Shown piece by piece: positions 54,907-64,000 of a DNA stretch of 64,000 nucleotides (its first letter is position 1; each line of letters begins with the position of its first letter). Location: the NCBI GenBank assembly GCA_951406725.2, contig OX597828.1:26164001-26228000 (forward strand). Reading direction: 5' to 3'. This stretch comes from Octopus vulgaris. Its lineage: Eukaryota. A model generated the notes under the pieces. The model made no database searches. It was given only the letters and a program-made list of their open reading frames with translations, and was not told the DNA's origin. A program made the translations under genes and the position numbers.

Positions 54907-56297
54907 TACATACATACATACATACATAAATACATACATACATACATACATACATACATACATACATACATACATTGTATTTGTTGGAATTTTGTGACCA
55001 TTTCTACTTCCAGCAATTTCATAATGGCTTTAGTCGTTTAAGACAGGGAATTATCTCCCCTCTACTATTAATTCCCTAAAAAAACATCTTCAGTGTTCTT
55101 CTTTTCTACCAAAGCTATCATTATTCCCGAAACCTGCAACAACAGATAAGCTATAATTTTAGTACTTTGTGGAATTTCACTTTGGTATTGCTGTCTTGAG
55201 TTCGTTTTCCGGTGGAATCGACGTTGCACTTTTCTTTCTTTTGATTAATATTTAAAAAATATATTAAGTGCGATAAGTTTTCTGTAGGGACTGGTTTGAC
55301 AGCTCACCCAACCTGCAAAGATCTATGCATCCGTTTCTTGGTATATGTATGAGTGTATGCATGTGTGTGAGGGAGTGTAGACAGACAGATAGATAAATAT
55401 GTAGATAAATATATATATTCATCCATGTGTATGTGCGTGTGTGTGTGTGTGTGTGCTGCAGAAGCTGGAAATATCGAGGTTGAAATGTGTTGTGTCCAAC
55501 GACACAGAACTTGTGAGAGAAAAACAGTGTGGCTGCTACAAATGTATTCGTCTAACTTCGTGACAATGAAGTGGATACGCTTCCACTTTGTTGTAATGAT
55601 GTAGCCCTGGCGGTGATTTCGTGGTGCTAGTTTGATGGTGGAAGGTTTTCATGTTGGTGTTAGTGTTGATGGCGATCTTACTGTTACTGTTGCTTTTGGT
55701 TTAGGTTTCAATAAATGGGATCAAAGAGAACCAGCGGAAGCGTAGTACGCTCAGAGCTACGACTTCAGAGAGACGTAGAACACAGTGAATATAAAACATC
55801 GTGCTGCTTTTCGTTCAAGTTGCTAAAGGCCACAAAGCTCTGTTGAAACTACCAAAAGGTTTTCATTCCAACATGGTAGAAAAGATGAAGCAAAGAGCCA
55901 AAAAAAGAAAAGAAAAAAAAAGAGGAATGACGAAATAAAAGTTGAATTTCAGGAAGATAGTTTGCGATATTACAATTTATGGAAATTACGAGAAGATGAA
56001 ACGGAATTAATGTCAGATATCAACATGTGGTGAGCCGTTGTAGTAAGAGAGTTAAGCTCTTGAGCGGCTGATTCGACGATATGGTTTCGAGTCTTGACTG
56101 GTGTCAATGCATTTCTCTTTCATCACTTAGAGTTAATAACCTGAAATGCGAAGATCACGATGGGGACGGTTTCAATTCCTGACTGTGGAATCTATTTCGC
56201 TTACATTTTTCCAAAATGTTTTCGACATAAAATTATTGACACACCGTATTTTCCAGCATACACACCGAAACTTTCAGACCAAAGTCTACAGCAAAAA

Positions 56298-56298
56298 G

Positions 56299-56355
<57 letters not shown>

Positions 56356-56400
56356 TTAATAATAATAATAATAATAATAATGATGATGATGATGATGATG

Positions 56401-56437
<37 letters not shown>

Positions 56438-56528
56438 TAATAATAATGATAATAATAATAATGATAATAATAATAATGATAATAATAATAATGATAATAA
56501 TAATAATAATAATAATAATAGTAATAAC

Positions 56529-56608
<80 letters not shown>
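56298..56608. repeat. (AAT)n/(GAT)n microsatellite
   Basis: Directly visible. Confidence 0.97.
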
Positions 56609-56611
<3 letters not shown>

Positions 56612-56620
56612 TTTCCATGT

Positions 56621-57036
56621 AGGCGCAGGAGTGGCTGTTTGGTAAGTAGCTTGCTAACCAACCACATGGTTCCGGGTTCAGTCCCACTGCGTGGCATCTT
56701 GGGCAAGTGTCTTCTGCTATAGCCCCGGGCCGACTAATGCCTTGTGAGTGGATTTGGTAGACGGAAACTGAAAGAAGCCTGTCGTATATATGTATATATA
56801 TATATATAAGTGTGTGTGAATATGTTTGTGTGTCTGTGTTTGTTCCCCTAGCATTGCTTGACAACTGATGCTGGTGTGTTTACGTCCCCGTCACTTAGCG
56901 GTTCGGCAAAAGAGACCGATAGAATAAGTACTGGGCTTACAAAGAATAAGTCCCGGGGTCGAGTTGCTCGACTAAAGGCGGTGCTCCAGCATGGCCGCAG
57001 TCAAATGACTGAAACAAGAAAAAAGAGTAAAAAGAG
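56621..57036 (+). mobile_element. SINE family A, full length
   Basis: Matches 6553-6960. Confidence 0.93.
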
Positions 57037-57299
57037 TATGTAAAATGCAGCAGGATTTGGAAAGATGATGACAATGTTTGAATGTTTACACATGTTTATA
57101 CTCCGTCGATTTGTATGCGGAAAATTACGGTAAAAGTTTCCGGTATCTTTTTGCCGATCCAGGTAATATCTATTGGCAGAAACGTCCAATAAAATACTTT
57201 GCAGCATTTAGTTAAGCTTCTTGAAGTTTTGAGTTCAAATCTCACTAAAGTCCACTTTGCCCTTTTATCCTTCAAAGAACCATAAACGTTATCTTTCAT

Positions 57300-57682
57300 C
57301 TTCTTTTACTTATTTTAGCCAGTGAACTGTGGCCATGCAGGGGCAACCGCATTTAAAGGATTCGTCGAACAAATTGACTCCAGGACTTACTTTTTAAAGT
57401 CTGGTATTTGTTTTAGCAGTCTTTTGCCAAACTGCTATGCTGAGTGGAGTTAAACAAACCAATACCGGTTATCAAGCGGTGCTGGGGTGACAAAACAGAA
57501 CACAATGACACACACGTACATATATGTGTAGAGTGGGCTTCCACACAGTTTCCGTCTACTGAATTTACACTCAAATTGGTAGACCCAAACTTATTGCAGA
57601 TGTCACTTGCCCAAGGTGCAGTGCGGTGGGACCGAAACCGAAACCACATGGTCACAAAGCGATCTTCTCAACCACAGAGTCA
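57300..57682 (-). mobile_element. SINE family A, old diverged copy
   Basis: ggccatgc, cagtttccgtctac, cacttgcccaaggtgc and accacag landmarks. Confidence 0.7.
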
Positions 57683-57766
57683 CTAATCAACAACTAAAGG
57701 ATGATTTTTATCAATAATCCCTTCACACTGAAATTTGACATGTTTTGCCTGTTAGAAATCAATTTC

Positions 57767-58201
57767 GGATCTTTTCGGTTTGAACGGCAGTTTTTTCTAG
57801 CGGTGTTATATGAAATTGTCACTCATAATTATGACCCTAGTATCGATCTATTGCATTTCAATCTGTTTTAGGGTTAGGGTTAGAGTTAGGGTTAGGGTTA
57901 GGGGTGGGAGGAAGGGTATCTTTTTTTCTTCAGAAATGTAAATAAACCCAATCTGTTTCTTAAACGAGGGACATATTCATACGGCACAGAATGTCTTCAC
58001 CTCAATAGACGTCATTGATTGGTTGAAATTGCAGAAATTGAAGAAAAAGAACAACAAATATCTTACAAACTATAGAATTTTCTCAATAAAACCAAGAGAA
58101 AAAGATGTTTTATAAACACATTCTACCAGTATACGAAGTTTAAAAGTGTTTAGTCACGTGAAAATTATTTTAAAAATCTGCCGTTCAAACCGAAAAGATC
58201 C
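57767..58201. mobile_element. 435-bp MITE with 24-bp perfect TIRs, 8-bp TSD and internal (TTAGGG)n; Merlin-like by termini
   Basis: TIR ggatcttttcggtttgaacggcag and ctgccgttcaaaccgaaaagatcc; TSD tcaatttc at 57759-57766 and 58202-58209. Confidence 0.92.
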
Positions 58202-58786
58202 TCAATTTCTTGCATCGATCAAGAAGGATTGAACACTTATACACACAATATTGTTGCTGTTGTTGCTGTTGCTGCTGCTTTCATTGTTGTTGTTGCTGCT
58301 GCTGCTGCTGCTGCTTTCAACCCTGGTCTAGCAGATTATGATCAATGGTATTCCAACCAAGACCATCCTGCCTGCTAATAGTTATGTGAAATCTACATTA
58401 TCTTATGTGACGTTACCTCATTTTTGAGATTGTGGAGTGTCGTTTGAAGGTTATTTGGCAACAGTTTCTAGCAGATCGAGTGACCGCATGGAGGTTCCTT
58501 TTTGACTGGTGTATTGTGCAGATATTCAATGTTTGGTGGCCGCTAGGAAAACGGCTTCGCTGAGATAAAAGTTCTGAATTTTCAGAAATTTACATATTTT
58601 TTTATACATAAAGTCTTGTGTGTTTAGCTACTGTCCAAAAGAAAACGCACTAATGACACATGTGGCTGCTAGAAATAGAAGCTGCTTCTCCTTGAATCGC
58701 ATTCTATTTTTAATATTATATATATACATACATATATATATATGTATTATGTATCTGTGTATGTATGTATGCATGTATGTATGTAT

Positions 58787-59085
58787 GTGATCACGTGACC
58801 GACCAGACCATCAGATGTTGTTACACATCGCTGGTCACAATGCGCTTCACATTGTTTTAGCCTTCGAATGACGCCACCCCGCTGGCTAAGCGAGCAGGCC
58901 AACAGAAGAAAGAGAGAAAGAGCGGTGAAAGAGTACAGCAGGGATCACCACCCCCTGCCGGAGCGTCGTGGACCTTTTAGGTGTTTTCGCTCAATAAACA
59001 CACACAAGGCCCGGTCTGGGAATCGAAACCGCGATCTTACGACCGCGAGTCCGCTGCCCTAACCACTGGGCCATTGCGCCTCCAC
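58787..59085 (-). mobile_element. SINE family C, full length, tail type 2
   Basis: TGGCCCAGTGG A box, GTTTCGATTCCC B box; tail as 52758-53034; flanked by (TATG)n. Confidence 0.9.
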
Positions 59086-59157
59086 ATGTATGTATGTATG
59101 TATGTATGTATGTATGTATGTATGTATGTATGTATGTATGTATGTATGTGTATGTAC

Positions 59158-59369
59158 ATAAAAGTAATTTTAGAGACAGAACCACCTTCAACTCAATCAA
59201 CACTGAAAGGTTTTATATCCGACCACTCCATAAAATGTTAAAAATTAAATCTTAAACTAACTAAATCTATTCTGAATCCTGTATATTCCGTTTATATGGA
59301 GTGGTCGGGTATAAAACCTTTCAGAGTTGATTGAGTTGAAGGTGATTCTGTCTCTAAAATTATTTTTAT
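59158..59369. repeat. 75-bp inverted repeat with 62-bp spacer
   Basis: 59158-59232 versus 59295-59369, about 4 mismatches. Confidence 0.9.
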
Positions 59370-59510
59370 ATATACGAATTAAACATTGAGAGATGTTCGT
59401 TTTAGTACAGCTAATTTGAATGTCTTTTTCCTGTGAACTTGGAAGTAATATTCCCGGTAAGATAACAAAAGAAAGAAAGAAACCTCAATATTATGTAAAT
59501 AGAGGAAATT

Positions 59511-59736
59511 TATCTGTAAAATAATATGTGACAATTATTCGGTAGCCAAGATAAAACTCTGAGTTTCGGATGCCGAGGTGGAAATCCACGCCACCATCTC
59601 TTCGGTTATCTGGCCATCTCTCAGATGAGATGGTCAGATAACCGAAGAGATGGTGGCGTGGATTTCCACCTCGGCATCCGAAACTCAGAGTTTTATCTTG
59701 GCTACCGAATAATTGTCACATATTATTTTACAGATA
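59511..59736. repeat. Near-perfect palindrome: 110-bp arms, 6-nt loop, one mismatch
   Basis: 59511-59620 is the reverse complement of 59627-59736. Confidence 0.95.
59636..59698 (+). ncRNA. Type I hammerhead motif (mirror copy on minus strand at about 59549-59611)
   Basis: agataa-CCGAAGA-gatg...catc-c-GAAA-ctcagagt-T-ttatct. Confidence 0.65.
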
Positions 59737-59790
59737 TATATATATGTATGTATGTATATATATATATATGTGTGTGTGTGTGTATATGTG

Positions 59791-59851
<61 letters not shown>

Positions 59852-60353
59852 GGTGGTTCAATCCAGATGAGAGAGTGAGTGAAAGTATTGAGAGGAAAAG
59901 AGAGACAGTCAGACATAGAGAAAGTGATAGATAGACAGACAAACAGACAGACAGATAGACAGACAAATAAGCTGGATAGTCGCAGAAGTGAGTGGACAAC
60001 GTGAGATATCAGGGTTCTACTTAAGTTTTAATGCTCCATAAAAACATACAGCAGGAATAAAAAGAGATATAAAACTTGATAGGGTGTCGAGGGTGGGTGG
60101 GCATCATATGCAATGCCATGCATGATAATTCTTCAAATGGTTTTGGATTCAAGGAATAAAAGTGAACTATCATAATGAACAGACAAGATGTGTTCAGGTA
60201 TAATGGGGGGGAGGAGGGGAACATTTGGGAGAAATTATCAGATGTTGTTATTTATTTCGTATTTTTGTTTGAATTTTTTTTGTTTTTTGTTGATTAATAT
60301 TATCAATATTATCTTTATTTGTTTATTTATTTGTTGATATATATATATATGTA

Positions 60354-60496
<143 letters not shown>

Positions 60497-60796
60497 TGCC
60501 AATATAGCCAAACGAGAAAAAGATAGATGAATGTAGATTTATATATACAAAAAGAAAAATTTAGAAAATAAGTAATTAAATAAAATAAGCAAATAAATAT
60601 AAATGAATAAATAAAAGTTTAAAAAATGGTCTTTAGAAGTGTTGACCCCCACTCAACTCCAAAACCTCGAATAAGACAACGTCTGAAGAAAAAAAAACAA
60701 CAAAAGCCGAACCAAGAACTATTCAAAGAACCAGAAGAATGATCTGTGAGTGTATATGTGTGTGTGTGAGAGAGATTGACCGAGAGGGAGAGAGAG

Positions 60797-60847
<51 letters not shown>

Positions 60848-62124
60848 GAGTGAGGGAATGCGCAAATATTGTTGTTTTTACCTGTCTCTCTTTGTTGTTG
60901 AAATCAACCGGATCCGGAAGTTGTGTGATCAAAGATGTTTCGCATGTGTCCATCCTATTATTATTATAGTTTTGTACTTTCAATTTTGATTCCTATACAT
61001 GTTATATTCTACAGGTAGAACACTAATGGCCTGGAACCTCATAATCTGCCCCAGTTTACAAGTAGGAAATTCAAGTTCCCACATCCACCAATCTACTTTA
61101 CACAGACTAGTAACTTGCACAGAACAGTATTATTAAATTTGTGTTTTTTTATACTAATGCACAGGTGATAACTGTATTTTATTTAATTATTTGAATAAAT
61201 CTAATATTTGTTTGATTTTGAATAAGTTGACCAAGTTCATTAACCCGGGAAAAATCGGTAAACCGGAAAGGCTTTGAAACCGGAAGTTCCCGGAAAGCGA
61301 TGTTGTACCTGTAATACGTCGTGTATTGGATTAGTGTTGTTGTTGTTGTTGTTGTTAACCCCTGTTGTTATGTTCGTAACAATCCTTATGTAAAAATTGT
61401 ATATCAAATATGGTTTTATATATAATATATGCATATATGTATGGTGTATACATACACATGCGTTCACGTATACATTTACGAGTAATATACAGATTTATAT
61501 ACACACACATTCACATGCACGCGCGTATATATGTTTAATAACCCAAGCATCTGCTTAGGTTGTGATGTTGATATTAATATGAAGATCATTTGCGAGCTGT
61601 GGATATGTGGGTATATGGCATTTGGGCGGGGGTGAAAGTATAAGTAAAATATAAGCCACAACCGGAATCGAACCGGGATCGCAGATTCCGTTTCGCTTAA
61701 TGTGCCTATCGTCCAGCAACAGAATTAAAATGTGAACTATCCATCTCTCTCTCTCTTTCTAGCTCTCTCTCTCTTTCTCTCTCTCTCACTCTCAAAATCT
61801 TAATTGATGGGGATATGCCTACCGCGCCCTAACTGTAACGTCCGTTTTCCCAAATAATAATTACGAAGATATCAGGAATATATTTCATTTTGTAACCATA
61901 AGCGACCCCTCTAATCAAAATGCCTCCCATCTATAACCATTCCGTCTTTGTTGTGAATCAGGGAGGCAATCCAGATCAGAGGTATTTAGCTGCTGGTTTG
62001 ATTGGGTCAAGTAACCACGTTGAGGTTACTTTGTTTTCTCATCGAAGATATATAGTTATAATGATAACTATAAGTAATATGGGTGTATAGATATTTAAGC
62101 ATATAATTCTATAGGCTTATATTT

Positions 62125-62340
62125 GTACAGTTCTATATTTAAGAGATGAAGAATTATGTACATTATTTACATTTTTTACATTATTTACACTATCTATATT
62201 GGACGGAAATTTGTCCTCATCTTGTCTGTTGTTAACACAACGTTTCGGCTGATATACCCTCCAGCCTTCATCGGGTGTCTTGGAGAAATTTTGAACCTGG
62301 GTTCTCATTCCTAAGGTATTTTTTTATGTTATTATTATTA
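62125..62340 (-). mobile_element. Inverted copy of the HHR-bearing tail of the element at 62341-62655
   Basis: Reverse complement of 62505-62655, extending a little further. Confidence 0.8.
62234..62279 (-). ncRNA. Minimal type I hammerhead motif
   Basis: gacac-CCGATGA-a-ggctg(gagggtatat)cagcc-GAAAC-GTT-gtgtt. Confidence 0.78.
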
Positions 62341-62420
62341 TGCCCGTGGGCATATGGTGTAGTGCTTAAGAGCTCGTGCTACTAACCCCAAGATTCCGAG
62401 TTCGATTCCAGGTAGTAACC

Positions 62421-62490
<70 letters not shown>

Positions 62491-62655
62491 TAACAACAAC
62501 AGCATAAAAAAACCGTAGGAATGAGAACCCAGGTTCAAAATTTTCCCAAGACACCTAATGAAGGCTTGGAGGGTATATCAGCCGAAATGTTAACAACAAA
62601 CAAGATGAGGACAAATATCCGTCAAATATAAATAATCTAAATAATGTAAATAATG
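62341..62655 (+). mobile_element. tRNA-like Pol III head + (AAT)n + hammerhead-bearing tail (SINE/retrozyme-like)
   Basis: A box TGGTGTAGTGC, B box GAGTTCGATTCC (62398-62409); damaged HHR gacac-CTAATGA-aggcttg...cagcc-GAAA at about 62550-62590. Confidence 0.7.
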
Positions 62656-63084
62656 TTTATATTTGTGTTAGCATACCATATTTACTGGTGTATAAGACAA
62701 ATCCCGACATTTTTGTGAGAAAAAACAAGTTTCATATGATTCATGATACACTCATGCAGTCGGCATACTATTGTACAACAGTGGCATTAGATGAATGGCA
62801 ATCTTTTGTACATTTGAGAATAAAAACAAAAATGGAGGTATTATACACTGACAGACAAAAGGACTTCTTATAGATTGGTAACTGCAAGACTTGTTCGTGT
62901 GGAGATGACACTAACTCAGACCTCTCTACGTTAAAGGAAACACAGTTGAACCATTTTGGAACGGGGTGGGGGTGGGGGGTGAAAAATGAAAATGAAGTGT
63001 CAGTTGGATTTGAACACCAAACTGAGAAATATCGAGTTGAGAAGAAAACGCATAACTATCGCGACAACAATATTATTTTCTGCT

Positions 63085-63208
63085 CTAGGCACAAGGCCCG
63101 AAATTTTGGAAGAGGGGACCAATCGATTAGAGGGACCCCAGTATACAACTGGTACCTAATTTATCGACCCCGAAAGCTTGGAAGGCAAAGTTGACCTCGG
63201 CGGAATTA
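63085..63208 (-). mobile_element. SINE family B, diverged 3' part
   Basis: actggtacctaatttatcgaccccgaaag...gacctcggcggaatt. Confidence 0.75.
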
Positions 63209-63386
63209 TAGTGACAACAATATTGCTTTCATAACAATATAACGATGATTATGATGATGATTATAATAAGGATGATGATGACGATATACATTTAAAATCT
63301 TCTACTTTTTGTGTATCAGTGGGGGAGGAGGTAATTGTTTGTGTATGTGAGCGAGGCTGCGAATGTCTCTCCCTACATATATATAT

Positions 63387-63480
63387 AAAGTTGAAAACGC
63401 AAATCCTAAGCAGTCAAACAGTTTCTTCATTTAGGCGTTTGGGAATCTGTTTGACAGCCTAGGATTTGCGTTTTCAATTT
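63387..63480. repeat. ~35-bp inverted repeat hairpin
   Basis: ttgaaaacgcaaatcctaagcagtcaaacag versus ctgtttgacagcctaggatttgcgttttcaa. Confidence 0.85.
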
Positions 63481-63786
63481 CCTCTACTCTGTATTTTTTC
63501 GCATTGGCTCTCTACGACCACTCCGTAAATAGACCATACTTTTTATAACATAGTTAATATTATATATATATATATACACACACACAGACGCATATATATA
63601 TATATATAAATATTTATATATATATATGAATAAATGAAAGAATGAAGTCGAACGAAGATGTTAACAAAATTCCTTTACTCTCGACACACGTGAATTTGCT
63701 ACCCAGGTTTCGGTTAAACGAATTTTCCATGCTGACGATAAACATAGGATAATTCATTCACCTACTTAAATATATATATACATATA

Positions 63787-63827
<41 letters not shown>

Positions 63828-64000
63828 GCATACATGTGTGTCTGTGTATACATACACACACATATATGCGTATATGAATGAATAGCATTATGCATAAAGA
63901 CGGATAGAAATAGATATAGATAGATAGATTCTAGCTATCTAAAAAAGCCTAACCGTGAATAGGTTACATATATCTCATACATTTACATTTATGTGTCCAT

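Noticed and set aside
57868-57903. Chromosome end or fusion scar
   Set aside because: Short TTAGGG tract lies inside a TIR/TSD-bounded MITE.
62341-62421. Functional tRNA gene
   Set aside because: A and B boxes present but no convincing acceptor stem or oligo-T terminator; treated as a SINE head. The same applies to the heads at 16137, 36122 and 59085.

Overview
AT-rich, microsatellite-saturated animal genomic DNA with no confidently identifiable host gene. The repeat repertoire and TTAGGG tracts look like octopus/cephalopod intronic or intergenic DNA (inference). Almost all long ORFs in the track are translations of (AAT)n, (TA)n, (CA)n, (CATA)n, (TAG)n and (CT)n repeats. Real protein-coding signal comes only from transposons: R4/Dong-like RLE non-LTR elements (one intact 271-aa C-terminal ORF), RTE and L1/Tx1-like fragments, and an internally deleted Helitron with a PIF1-like helicase. 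At least four tRNA-headed SINE families, a GG-terminated MITE with an 8-bp TSD and internal telomeric repeats, and many Penelope-like short repeats carrying hammerhead ribozyme (HHR) motifs are also present. The most striking observation is a hammerhead whose three core strands occur in a non-circularly permuted (pseudoknotted) order. It appears in two sequence-unrelated repeat families (32824-32966 and 45613-45709), plus two half-copies, with covarying stems. A tRNA-promoter plus HHR element with an inverted copy (62.1-62.65 kb) and a 226-bp near-perfect palindrome with HHRs on both strands (59.5-59.7 kb) are also notable. All RNA structures were paired by eye and are not computed or tested.
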